Positions 45,026 to 54,833 of a stretch of 64,000 nucleotides of DNA are shown in pieces. A program made the position numbers and the translations under genes. The stretch is taken from positions 1,594-65,593 of the forward strand of contig JBDRJG010000001.1 of assembly GCA_043815085.1 (NCBI GenBank). Direction: 5' to 3'. Position 1 is the first letter of the stretch. Each line of letters opens with the position of its first letter. Origin of the DNA: Candidatus Iainarchaeum sp. (GTDB lineage: Archaea; Nanobdellota; Nanobdellia; Pacearchaeales; GW2011-AR1). The notes beneath the pieces were generated by a model. The model made no database searches, was not told where the DNA came from, and worked only from the letters and a program-made list of their open reading frames with translations.

Positions 45026-46162
45026 ATGAAATCAATTTGCCTAGTCTCTGGTTCTTCACCAGAATTTCTTGGAGGAATTAGCCTATATCAAAGAAATTTA
45101 ATTGAATATTCAAAAAAGAATAATTTAGACTTTCGCTTCACGTGGATTTATCCTGGAAAAGAAAATAAAGAGTTTATTTTGAATGAAATAAGATGTATAG
45201 AATTAAAATCAATTAAATATCCTTTTTTAGAAGAATTTGATTTTGCAAGAAAAGTGAGAAAAATAATATCAAAAAAAAACTTTGATATAATAAATACTCA
45301 TGCAAATTGGGGTTATTTTTTAAAAAATTATAATAAAAGAGAAAACCAAAAAATAATTCATACCTGCCATGGTGTAAGTTACCAATACTTTAAAGTTCAA
45401 TTTTCTCGTTTTGGATTTTTTAGATATTTATTATACACCCTTTTGCCTCTTATCTATTTATTAGAGAAACCTCCAATGAAGAAAGCAGATAAAATTATTT
45501 GTGTCGCAGAAAAAGTTAAAGAAGATTTAGAAAAAATTTACTGGAAAAGAAAAAATCTAAAAGTTATTAGAACCGGAGTTGACATCAAAAATTTTAAAAG
45601 TATTTCTAAAGGAAAATCAAGAAAAGAATTAAATCTTGATAAAAATAAAATTTATGGGCTTTATTCAGGAAGAGGGGGATATTTCAACAAGGGGCTTGAT
45701 CGTGCAGTTAATTTAGGAAAAGAATTATATATATTAAATAAAAATTTTAGATTAATCGTAATCGGCTCAGATAAAATTAAATGTAAAGAATATTTAGATG
45801 AACCTTTCATAATTTATAGGGGAATTATTGATAGAAATATCCTAAATAAATACTATTCTGCAAGTGATTTCTTTTTTTCTTTATCAAGATATGAAGGGGG
45901 GGCACCAACTCTTGCTGTTGGCGAAGCAATGGCTTCGGAATGTCTTGTTGTTTGCTCTAAGGATTCTAAACCAGAAATAATTGAAAATGATGCAAATGGC
46001 TTAATAATTGAAAATTTTGATAAAAATGATGCGAACAAGATTATAAGAGTCTTAAATGATAAAAAAAATAAAAGTGAAATAATAAAAAATTCAATTAAAA
46101 CAATTAAAGAACTTTCCCTTGAAAAATGGGGGGAGAAATATTTTGAGATATTAATGGATTAG
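45026..46162 (+). CDS. glycosyltransferase family 1 (GT-B)
   Basis: 378 aa. SRYEGGAPTLAVGEAMASECLVVCSKDSKPEIIENDANGLII. Confidence 0.7.
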   Translation: MKSICLVSGSSPEFLGGISLYQRNLIEYSKKNNLDFRFTWIYPGKENKEFILNEIRCIELKSIKYPFLEEFDFARKVRKIISKKNFDIINTHANWGYFLKNYNKRENQKIIHTCHGVSYQYFKVQFSRFGFFRYLLYTLLPLIYLLEKPPMKKADKIICVAEKVKEDLEKIYWKRKNLKVIRTGVDIKNFKSISKGKSRKELNLDKNKIYGLYSGRGGYFNKGLDRAVNLGKELYILNKNFRLIVIGSDKIKCKEYLDEPFIIYRGIIDRNILNKYYSASDFFFSLSRYEGGAPTLAVGEAMASECLVVCSKDSKPEIIENDANGLIIENFDKNDANKIIRVLNDKKNKSEIIKNSIKTIKELSLEKWGEKYFEILMD

Positions 46163-46193
46163 ATTGTGTAAATTATCCAAGAATATAAAATAT

Positions 46194-46877
46194 TTATCTT
46201 AATCCGAGAGAGAAACCTTCTTTGTTCTGATTAAATTGTTTCTCTCTATATTCGGCATTATCCTCTCCTCTTTGATTGAGAGGACATTCAGAAGCAGAAT
46301 ATATATTTTCTATGGATAGTCCCATTTTGTGGGCCCTTCCAACGAGAAACATTAAAGTTGCCCAACCCTTATCTCCCTCAATCTCTTTTACTTGATTGCC
46401 TAAAGAACTTGAAAAAAGCTTTGGTCCATAAATAAAATCCCCTTTAATTCTTGTTTCATCTTCAATTATTTGGTTCATTTTTCCCTCCCATTCTCGCTGA
46501 TGAACTGGAAAAGTCTTCATTTGCTCAGAAGTTCTGCTAATAGCAGCAAAAACACCCTTTCCTGCAAAATATTGATTAAGTGATTTCTCTAAACCATTTA
46601 CAAACCAATCATATTTATCAGGTTCTGTATATAAAACAAAATATGCATTTTGCGATGCCCTCAATATAGAATTTTTGTGCTGATATGTCAATCCTCCTTG
46701 AACAGTTTCAACATTGTGCCCCATTAATTTCAAAGAATTGATAAATCTCTCAGAACTTCCCCCATCTGCAATATAGACAGGATAGTTAGTCTTAGATAAA
46801 ACCTCAAGTGCAGATTCCATCAATTCTGCATTCCCTTTTTTATCAAAAGTCATTGTTGCAATTGCTAATTTTTCCAT
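46194..46877 (-). CDS. hypothetical protein (227 aa)
   Basis: ORF in the glycan island. No motif recognised. Confidence 0.4.
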   Translation of the reverse strand: MEKLAIATMTFDKKGNAELMESALEVLSKTNYPVYIADGGSSERFINSLKLMGHNVETVQGGLTYQHKNSILRASQNAYFVLYTEPDKYDWFVNGLEKSLNQYFAGKGVFAAISRTSEQMKTFPVHQREWEGKMNQIIEDETRIKGDFIYGPKLFSSSLGNQVKEIEGDKGWATLMFLVGRAHKMGLSIENIYSASECPLNQRGEDNAEYREKQFNQNKEGFSLGLR

Positions 46878-47014
46878 AAAACATTCAAGAGGCCCCCTTT
46901 TTAAATACTTATATTATGCAAAATATTGATTAAAAATTTTTAATAGAAAAAGAATACAAAAAAACCTCATCCAATCACAACAATCTTTTAAAAAGATAAG
47001 ATAATCCCTAAAAA

Positions 47015-48112
47015 ATGGAAAAGAGATATGATTATCTTGTTGTTGGATGTGGTTTTTCAGGGATTGTTCTTGCTGAAAGACTGTCTTCTATAGGCAAAAA
47101 AGTCCTAATTATTGATAAAAGAAATCATATTGGAGGAAATTGTTATGATTATAAATCTGGAAATATTTTGGTGCAAAAATATGGACCGCATATATTTCAT
47201 ACAAAGAATAAAGATGTTTTTGAATATCTAAATAAGTTCACAAAATTTAATAACTATCAGCATAAAGTTTTAGCATATTATGATAAAAGATATTTTCCAA
47301 TTCCAATAAATCTAAATACTGTAAATAAATTCTTTAATATAAATTTAAAAGATGAAAAAGAACTAAAAATCTTCCTTAAAGATAAAGTCAAAGTAGTCAA
47401 AAAAATAAAAAATTCTGAAGATGTTGTGGTATCTAAATTTGGAGAAAAATTATATGAAGCATTTGTAAAAATTTATACAAAGAAACAATGGGACAAATAT
47501 CCTCACGAACTTGATAAATCTGTTTTAGAACGTCTCCCTATAAGATATAATAAAAATGATTTTTATTATGATGATCTCTTTCAGGGGATGCCAGAAAAAG
47601 GGTTTAAAAGAATGTTCGAGAAAATGCTTTCAAATAAAAATATATCCATAAAATTAGATACCCCATATACAGAAAATTTAAAAAATATTGCTAAGGAGAT
47701 TATATGGACAGGGAAAATTGATGAATATTTTAATTACAAATTTGAAAAATTAGAATATAGAAGCGTGGATTTTATTTTTGAAAAATTCAGATTAAAAAAT
47801 TTCCTTCCTAATTCAGTAGTTAATTTCACTGAGGAAAGATTTAAGTTTTTAAGGATAACTGAGTTTAAAAAGTTCTATGGAATAAAATCAAAAAAAACAA
47901 TAATTTGTAGAGAATTTTACTTTGGGGAGGGGGAACCAGCTTATCCTGTTTATAATAAAAAGAATCTTAAACTTTTAAAAAAATACTTAAATGAATCAGA
48001 AAAAGAAAAAAACATTTATTTTCTTGGACGATTAGGGAGATATAAATACATAAATATGGATCAGTGTGTGGAAGAAGCATTAGAATTGTTTGAAAAGATA
48101 AAAAACAGATAG
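47015..48112 (+). CDS. glf: UDP-galactopyranose mutase
   Basis: 365 aa. YDYLVVGCGFSGIVLAERL is the FAD dinucleotide motif. IGGNCYDY...GPHIFHT is the UGM signature. Confidence 0.8.
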   Translation: MEKRYDYLVVGCGFSGIVLAERLSSIGKKVLIIDKRNHIGGNCYDYKSGNILVQKYGPHIFHTKNKDVFEYLNKFTKFNNYQHKVLAYYDKRYFPIPINLNTVNKFFNINLKDEKELKIFLKDKVKVVKKIKNSEDVVVSKFGEKLYEAFVKIYTKKQWDKYPHELDKSVLERLPIRYNKNDFYYDDLFQGMPEKGFKRMFEKMLSNKNISIKLDTPYTENLKNIAKEIIWTGKIDEYFNYKFEKLEYRSVDFIFEKFRLKNFLPNSVVNFTEERFKFLRITEFKKFYGIKSKKTIICREFYFGEGEPAYPVYNKKNLKLLKKYLNESEKEKNIYFLGRLGRYKYINMDQCVEEALELFEKIKNR

Positions 48113-48123
48113 GTAATTTAAAA

Positions 48124-49065
48124 TTATATCTTTTTCCTTAAAAAGTTCATAATTCTTATTGGAAAAAGACTTAATAAATAATAGATTACAAGTTGCTTAT
48201 CAAAACCGTAATTTCTAAAATAACTTTTTATATTTTTTCTTAATTTTTTCCCCTGGTTATCTTGAAATTCTGCAATAATGTTTATTTTCAAATTAGATTT
48301 GTTAGAATCTACTGAAATTTTTACTTCTGGGGGCTCTAAATTTTCATAATCATCTTTTCCTGTTTTTATTCGCTGTTGATAAAATTCTTTTGCTTTTTGA
48401 AAAAAATAATCTGGATTTTTCTTAATAAAAGTGGCAGAGTTTTGATTAACTCTATATTTAATAAGGAATTCAGGAAGATTTGTGATTTTTTTTCTTGCAG
48501 ACAAAACATTTAAAATAAAATCATAATCATCAGAAATTGAAAATTTTTCTCTGTAAAAAAATTCTTTTGTGTTTCTATACATTACAGAGGGATGAAGTAT
48601 GCAATTTGTTTTTTCTAATTTCCTTACAGTTTTTGAAGGATTGTCATATTTTAAAAAAACCCCTAATCTATTTCCTTCTTCATCTATTATAATTGCAGAA
48701 CCCCCAATTAAGAATATTTCAGGGTGTTTATCCAAATAATCTGCCTGAATTTTAAACCTGTCTCTAAGCGAGACATCATCTGAATCCATTACTGCTATGT
48801 ATTCTCCCCTAGCCATTTTTAATCCTCTATTTCTTGTATTCACGCACCCCAAATTTTTTTTATTATTTAACAAAATTATTCTTTTATCTTTTTTCGAATA
48901 TTTTTTTATTATCTCTAATGATTTATCTTTTGACTCATCATTGATTATAATAAATTCAAAATCCTCAAAACTTTGATTTAAAATAGAAGTTATGGTTTCC
49001 TCTAAGAATTTCTTTGCATTATAAACGGGTAATATTACAGATATTTTAGGATTTTTTCTTTTCAT
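48124..49065 (-). CDS. glycosyltransferase family 2
   Basis: 313 aa. ISVILPVYNAKKFLEETITSILNQSFEDFEFIIINDESKDKS...YIAVMDSDD. Confidence 0.75.
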   Translation of the reverse strand: MKRKNPKISVILPVYNAKKFLEETITSILNQSFEDFEFIIINDESKDKSLEIIKKYSKKDKRIILLNNKKNLGCVNTRNRGLKMARGEYIAVMDSDDVSLRDRFKIQADYLDKHPEIFLIGGSAIIIDEEGNRLGVFLKYDNPSKTVRKLEKTNCILHPSVMYRNTKEFFYREKFSISDDYDFILNVLSARKKITNLPEFLIKYRVNQNSATFIKKNPDYFFQKAKEFYQQRIKTGKDDYENLEPPEVKISVDSNKSNLKINIIAEFQDNQGKKLRKNIKSYFRNYGFDKQLVIYYLLSLFPIRIMNFLRKKI

Positions 49066-50078
49066 TTTTTAGATTCGATTATCTCTTTAAATCTCTTTTG
49101 AATCCTCCTTATATCTAAATCTCTTGGGGGCTTATTATCATTATACCAAGGCTCTCTAAGAATCTTTTCATATAATTTATCATCATTATCGACTTTTATT
49201 ATATATTTTATAAATTCCTTCATATTTTTAAAATCATTATAGTTTATGAAACTTTTTGTGTTGAACTCTTTATTTACATCTTTATGTCCAAAATAAATTG
49301 GTATACTGTTTACTAACATGGGATGAGTTAGTTTCTCTGATATATACCCTGACCTTGAAGAATTTTCAAATGCAGTCGTAAATTTATATTTTTTTATGAA
49401 ATTTAATTTATCTATTACACAACTTGCAGAAATCCTTGATTCTTTTGGACTATTGTATCTTATTGGGGGCATATTGTTCATGCATCTTCCAGGAGCATCA
49501 ATTTTCTTGTATTTACTTAATTCTTTAAAAAAATCGTTTCTTTTGGCAATATCACGAGCATAAATAAAATTACAGAATTCAGTTTTTTCTTTTTTTATTT
49601 TATTAAAATTAATTTTCTTTTTTATCGTGGGAATTCCAAAGTTTTTTAACTGATAATCATTAACTATAATTATGAGTTTCATATGTCTTGGATTATTTAT
49701 TTCTTCTTCAGGATATTCTGAGAAAGCCCAACCACATTTATTCATATTTGGTTTTATAAGTTCTGAACCAAAGAAAATTTTTACAAAATTTCCCTCGGGC
49801 AGGGGAAATTTGTCTTTTATAGAAAAATTGGAAATCTTTGAATAAATTTCCCTTAATAAAATATATAATTTAGGGGATATTCTCCTTATAAAATCTCCTT
49901 TTTTTGATAAATCTCCGGAAGTCTTTATTTCTTGATAAACAGAATAAAAAAGATAATCTGGATTTTCGCTTATTTTAACATCATATAAGTTTCTAAGGGT
50001 ATTAGTAAGAAAGTTATTTTCTGGGTTAAATCCCTCCCAAAAATACTTGAAGTTTATTTTTATTGTTTTCTTTTTCAT
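49062..50078 (-). CDS. GT10-like alpha-1,3-fucosyltransferase, putative
   Basis: 338 aa. KYKFTTAFENSSRSGYISEKL matches the alpha-1,3-FucT motif (YKFxxAFENSxxxxYxTEK). Confidence 0.6.
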   Translation of the reverse strand: MKKKTIKINFKYFWEGFNPENNFLTNTLRNLYDVKISENPDYLFYSVYQEIKTSGDLSKKGDFIRRISPKLYILLREIYSKISNFSIKDKFPLPEGNFVKIFFGSELIKPNMNKCGWAFSEYPEEEINNPRHMKLIIIVNDYQLKNFGIPTIKKKINFNKIKKEKTEFCNFIYARDIAKRNDFFKELSKYKKIDAPGRCMNNMPPIRYNSPKESRISASCVIDKLNFIKKYKFTTAFENSSRSGYISEKLTHPMLVNSIPIYFGHKDVNKEFNTKSFINYNDFKNMKEFIKYIIKVDNDDKLYEKILREPWYNDNKPPRDLDIRRIQKRFKEIIESKK

Positions 50079-50121
50079 CTTTTTAAGAAAAATCTCAAAT
50101 ATATAAATCTACTTTCCATAA

Positions 50122-51633
50122 TTATTTTCTCTTAAATATGCCCTTAATTAATCCAAAATCTTCTCTATTTATCCCTTTTGTTAATATTAAAACTCCAAAA
50201 TAAACTCCTGCCCCCAGGATTATTTCCAATACCCCGAAGAATAGATTCATATTAATAAAATGGCTAAAAGCTAATAAAAAAATAGACATTATTGCTGTTG
50301 CAAATATTGGGCTCCTTAAGCCAATCCCCTTAACTTTAAAATTAAATTCTTTTTTTGCATAAAAGACAAGTAAACCTAACAAAAGTATTCTACTAAGAGA
50401 GGTTGCTAATCCAACCCCCGCCATCATAAATAAAGGATTATTTTTAAATAAAAAGATTACTAAAACATTTAACAAAATGTTTATAAATAAAGAGAAAAGA
50501 ACTGATTTGCTTACTATTTGTGGTTTTTCTTTTGATTGGAAGATTATTGAATATAATCCAATTAGAGGAGTTGTAACTATCAAAAGAGCTAAAAAATAAA
50601 GGGGGATTGTTCCAAGAATATATTCATTTCCATAAATTGCCTTAATTAAATATTTAGCTATAAAAATCATCCCTGCAGTTGCGGGTATTGAAATAATTAA
50701 TATGTACCTCAAAGTCTTGTGAAATCCTCTGCTAAATCTTTTTCCATTTATCTGGGTAAAAATTGGAAGAAATATACCCGACAAAGAAAATAAAGCGGCA
50801 ATTGTAAGAACTAAACTCAGTGCTACCCTATAATATCCTAAATATTCAAATGCAACAAATTTACCCAACATTAATGTATCCACAGAACCAAAAAATACAA
50901 GAGAAAGGCTAGCAACCCCCATAAACTCTAAAAATTTCAAAACCTTTTTTTTGTTTATGTATACTTTTGGACCAAAAAATAAATTTCTATCTCTTTTAAA
51001 TAATATTAAGATTGTTATAAACAAAACAATCGCTCCTGAAACGAAAAATGCTATAAATAAACCCGAAACCTTAAAAGCATCTGAAAGAATCATGAGTGCT
51101 AACAAAGAAAATGAAATCTTAAAAATTTGATAAAAAACACCTAATATTGTTGGAATCCTTAGTTCTTTTAGTGCAAGAAAAAAAGTGGAAAAGAAATTCC
51201 AAAAAGACTCCATAATTAAAAAGAGGCAAGAAAAGATTAAGGGGTAAAATAATAAAGGATTTTGATATAATTTATAAGAGATTAGCTTTGACAAAATAAT
51301 TACCATAACAACGACTATAAAAACTGCCAAAACTTTTATCCTTAATAAAAATCTGAAATAAGAGCGTGCCTGAGATATCTTTCTCCTGCCGATGGAAATT
51401 GATAAATATCTTAACAGAGTATCATCTAATCCAAAATTTGTAAAGACCATAAATATTGCTATTATTGACAAAACTAAAGAATAAACACCAAATAATTCTG
51501 GTAAAAGCATTCTTGCAATAATTATAGTAAAAATTAATCCTCCAATTTTTAGGATTATGCTAGAAAATAAATTGTAACCTGTATTTTTCACAGATACTTT
51601 TGACAGATTTTGATTATTTATGCCTACTTCCAT
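50122..51633 (-). CDS. oligosaccharide flippase (MOP/Wzx-like polysaccharide biosynthesis protein)
   Basis: 503 aa, about 14 TM helices. Typical Wzx/MATE-like topology in a glycan cluster. Confidence 0.65.
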   Translation of the reverse strand: MEVGINNQNLSKVSVKNTGYNLFSSIILKIGGLIFTIIIARMLLPELFGVYSLVLSIIAIFMVFTNFGLDDTLLRYLSISIGRRKISQARSYFRFLLRIKVLAVFIVVVMVIILSKLISYKLYQNPLLFYPLIFSCLFLIMESFWNFFSTFFLALKELRIPTILGVFYQIFKISFSLLALMILSDAFKVSGLFIAFFVSGAIVLFITILILFKRDRNLFFGPKVYINKKKVLKFLEFMGVASLSLVFFGSVDTLMLGKFVAFEYLGYYRVALSLVLTIAALFSLSGIFLPIFTQINGKRFSRGFHKTLRYILIISIPATAGMIFIAKYLIKAIYGNEYILGTIPLYFLALLIVTTPLIGLYSIIFQSKEKPQIVSKSVLFSLFINILLNVLVIFLFKNNPLFMMAGVGLATSLSRILLLGLLVFYAKKEFNFKVKGIGLRSPIFATAIMSIFLLAFSHFINMNLFFGVLEIILGAGVYFGVLILTKGINREDFGLIKGIFKRK

Positions 51634-51736
51634 CTTTTTATAAGAAAACCTTTATTTTTAAAGATAAGTAAGTAGGATATAAAACTATAAGATAACCTCA
51701 ATAAAGATTAAAAAGGGTAAAGTATCTTAAAAATAT

Positions 51737-51880
51737 ATGGCAGATATTTTATGTACAATCATGGGTGTTATGGATATAATTGCCGGAATATTAATTATTC
51801 TTAATTTTGGAAACAATATTCTCGGAATTATTTTTGGCATTGCGATGATTGGAAAAGGGGGATTTAGTTTGATAGGATGA
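51737..51880 (+). CDS. small hydrophobic peptide (47 aa) translationally coupled to the downstream radical SAM gene
   Basis: Manual translation gives MADILCTIMGVMDIIAGILIILNFGNNILGIIFGIAMIGKGGFSLIG. It is Gly/Ile-rich with a C-terminal GKGG. Its TGA stop overlaps the ATG of the 51877 gene (ATGA). It is absent from the ORF track because it is under 60 aa. Confidence 0.5.
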   Translation: MADILCTIMGVMDIIAGILIILNFGNNILGIIFGIAMIGKGGFSLIG

Positions 51881-53301
51881 AAAATTCTAAAGATAAAGTT
51901 TTGCTGGTGACTAGTAGTTGTGAGGATACCCCTTTTGTTCCTGAAGGTAGATTTAATGAACTATCCCATTATCCTATTGGTTTAGCATATTTATATTCTT
52001 ATATTGAATCAAAGGGATTTGATGTTAAAATGCTCTCCCATAATCATAAATCAGATAAAGATTGTTTTAAAGAAGTTATAGAAGAAATAGAAAATTTTTC
52101 TCCAGACATTGTTGGTTTTCAAATATTAACTTCAAACAGAGTTAGTAGCTATCATTTAATTGAATATATACATCAAAATTATCCAAAAATTAAAATAATA
52201 GTCGGGGGGATTCATGTTACAATAATGTATAAACAATTAATTGAAAAATATCCTTTTTTAATAGCAGTTCTGGGTGAGGGTGAAATAACTTTGTTTGAAT
52301 TGATTAAGGAATTAGATAAAAAAAGCCCCAATCTTAAGAAAATTGATGGACTTGGATTTTATAAAAACAATAGCGTAATGAGAACAAAACCAAGAAAATT
52401 AATAGAAAATTTAGATACTCTGCCTTTTCCAAAGCATGAACTATTTTTTAAAAATCCTAAAAGAGATTCTGGATGTCTCTTAACTTCAAGGGGGTGTTAT
52501 TTCTCATGTAGTTTTTGTTGTTTAAATCCAGAAGCAAAAAGAATTGTAAGATTTAGGTCTCCAAAAAACGTTGTTGATGAAATAGAATATATGGTTAAAA
52601 GTTTTCCACAAATGACAGAAATATTCATACATGATGATTCTTTTTTTAGCAACAATGAAAGAGTTATAAAAATTTGTGATGAAATAATTAAGCGAAAAAT
52701 AAAAATGAATTTTGTGTGTGAAGGTAGAATTAAGCCTATAAGCAGCGAAATGATTAAAAAACTGGAACAAGCTAATTTTAAAAGAGTTCTATTGGGTATA
52801 GAAAGTGGAGACAATGGAATTTTAAAGGCTTGCCATAAGGGAATAAATCAAGAAGATATATTGCATGCCTTCAAATTATTTTCAAAATCTTCTATAAATC
52901 TTAAAACACTTTTGATTATTGGTCTGCCCGGAGAAAATATAGGAACAATAAAAGAAACTGTCAGATTTATAAAAAAATGCCAAAAAATAAAATATGTTTC
53001 TTATGGTAATATCAAACCCCTACTAATGGTTTTTCCTGGAACAGAAGTTTATGAAATTGCAAAGTCAAAGGGAATGATTAATGATAATTATTGGCTCTCT
53101 GAAAAAGTAATTCCTCTATATACTATAGAAAACAGTTATGAAAGACTGAAAGAACTTGGGAATATCCTCTTAGATAATATTGCTTTTAGCAGAATAATCA
53201 CTCCAAAAGGATTTAGAGCTCAATTTGATATGATTCCTTATTTAACAAAATATTTACTAATTAAAGTGATGGAAAAAATAAAAAAAGATATTAAAGATTA
53301 A
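51877..53301 (+). CDS. B12-binding domain radical SAM protein (class B), paralog A
   Basis: 474 aa. DIVGFQILTSNRVSSYHLIEYIHQNYPKIKIIVGGIHVT is the B12-binding domain. CxxxCxxC is SRGCYFSCSFCC. Confidence 0.75.
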   Translation: MKNSKDKVLLVTSSCEDTPFVPEGRFNELSHYPIGLAYLYSYIESKGFDVKMLSHNHKSDKDCFKEVIEEIENFSPDIVGFQILTSNRVSSYHLIEYIHQNYPKIKIIVGGIHVTIMYKQLIEKYPFLIAVLGEGEITLFELIKELDKKSPNLKKIDGLGFYKNNSVMRTKPRKLIENLDTLPFPKHELFFKNPKRDSGCLLTSRGCYFSCSFCCLNPEAKRIVRFRSPKNVVDEIEYMVKSFPQMTEIFIHDDSFFSNNERVIKICDEIIKRKIKMNFVCEGRIKPISSEMIKKLEQANFKRVLLGIESGDNGILKACHKGINQEDILHAFKLFSKSSINLKTLLIIGLPGENIGTIKETVRFIKKCQKIKYVSYGNIKPLLMVFPGTEVYEIAKSKGMINDNYWLSEKVIPLYTIENSYERLKELGNILLDNIAFSRIITPKGFRAQFDMIPYLTKYLLIKVMEKIKKDIKD

Positions 53302-53326
53302 AAAGGATAAATTATCTTAAAAATAT

Positions 53327-53347
53327 ATGGCAGATGGGAGGATTTAG
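53327..53347 (+). pseudogene. internally deleted remnant of the 47-aa peptide gene (MADGRI*)
   Basis: ATGGCAGAT + GGGAGGATTTAGTTT retains the first 9 nt and the last roughly 15 nt of the 51737-51880 ORF. It has the same upstream motif ATCTTAAAAATATATGGCAGAT. Confidence 0.45.
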
Positions 53348-53356
53348 TTTTATATA

Positions 53357-54790
53357 ATGAAAAATTTTAAAAATAAAGTTTTGCTGATAACAAGCAGTTT
53401 TGAAGACCTTTTGACAGATGAAGGAAAGATGACTGAGGAATGGGGTGAAGAAACATATTACCCCTTGGGGTTGGCTTATATACATTCTTATCTTGAATCT
53501 AAAGGTATGGAGGTAGAGACCCTCTGGCTTAATCACAAACCATATGAGAATTGCTTTAAAGAAGTAATTGATAAGGTAAAATATTTTGCTCCTGATGTTG
53601 TGGGTTTTCAAATGCTAACTTGTAATAGGGTGAGTAGTTATTATCTGATTGAATGGATACATAAAAATTATCCTAAAATTAAAATAGTCCTTGGAGGAAT
53701 TCATTCTACGATAATGTATAAACAATTAATTGAAAAATATCCTTTCTCAATAACAGTGCTTGGTGACGGTGAAATAACTCTCTTTAAACTTATAAAAGAA
53801 TTGAACAAAAAAAGCCCCAATCTTAAAAAGATTGATGGAATTGCATTCTATAAAAATAATAGTGTAATAAGAACAAAGGCAAGAAAATTAATAGAAGATT
53901 TGGACAGTCTACCTTTCCCCAAGCATGAAGTATTTTTTAATTATAGTAAAAGATGGACTGGTAGTTTGTTAAGTACAAGGGGATGTCCTAATGCATGTAG
54001 TTTTTGTTGCCTAAATCCTGAGTCTAAGAGGATTGTAAGATTCAGAGATCCTAAAAAAGTTGTGGATGAAATAGAATATATGATAAATAAATTCCCCCAG
54101 ATGAAAGAACTTTCCATAAACGACGATTCTTTTTTTGTTAATAATCAAAAAGTAATAGATATTTGCAATGAGATAATAAAGAGAAAGATAAAAATGGATT
54201 TTGTGTGTAGTGGGAGAATTAAACCAATAAGTAAAGAAGTTGTTGAAAAACTTGAAGAAGCCAATTTTATAAGGGTTACACTTGGTATAGAAAGTGGAGA
54301 TGATGGGATATTAAAATCCTGCCATAAAGGAATAAACCAAGAAGATATTCTAAAGGCATTTAAATTATTTTCTAAATCAAATATACATCTTAAAACCTAT
54401 TTAATCATCGGTTTACCTGGAGAAAGTATAGAAACAATAAAAGAAACTGCCAGATTTATAAGAAAATTACAAAAAATAAAATATGTATCCTATCCTACCT
54501 GTTTCAATATTCTTTTTGTTTATCCCGGAACAGAAGTTTATGAGATTGCTAAATCAAAAGGATTTATTGATGATGAGTTTTGGCTTGCTGACAAGCAGAT
54601 TCCATTATATACTGCAGAAAACAGTTATGAAAAGCTGAAAGAATTTGAAAAAATCCTCGCGGATAATCTATCTTTTTATAGGATAATGACTCCGAAAGGG
54701 TTTAAGGCCCAATTTGAAACTATCCCTTACTTATTAAAATATGGTTTTCAAAGAATAGCGACGCTGTTAAAAAAAGGAAGATTGCTCTAA
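53357..54790 (+). CDS. B12-binding domain radical SAM protein (class B), paralog B (tandem duplicate of 51877-53301)
   Basis: 477 aa. It is collinear with paralog A along the whole length, by eye roughly 70% identical. CxxxCxxC is TRGCPNACSFCC. Confidence 0.75.
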   Translation: MKNFKNKVLLITSSFEDLLTDEGKMTEEWGEETYYPLGLAYIHSYLESKGMEVETLWLNHKPYENCFKEVIDKVKYFAPDVVGFQMLTCNRVSSYYLIEWIHKNYPKIKIVLGGIHSTIMYKQLIEKYPFSITVLGDGEITLFKLIKELNKKSPNLKKIDGIAFYKNNSVIRTKARKLIEDLDSLPFPKHEVFFNYSKRWTGSLLSTRGCPNACSFCCLNPESKRIVRFRDPKKVVDEIEYMINKFPQMKELSINDDSFFVNNQKVIDICNEIIKRKIKMDFVCSGRIKPISKEVVEKLEEANFIRVTLGIESGDDGILKSCHKGINQEDILKAFKLFSKSNIHLKTYLIIGLPGESIETIKETARFIRKLQKIKYVSYPTCFNILFVYPGTEVYEIAKSKGFIDDEFWLADKQIPLYTAENSYEKLKEFEKILADNLSFYRIMTPKGFKAQFETIPYLLKYGFQRIATLLKKGRLL

Positions 54791-54833
54791 ATAACATAGT
54801 AATCTTTTTAAATCCCTAAATTTACCTACTGAT

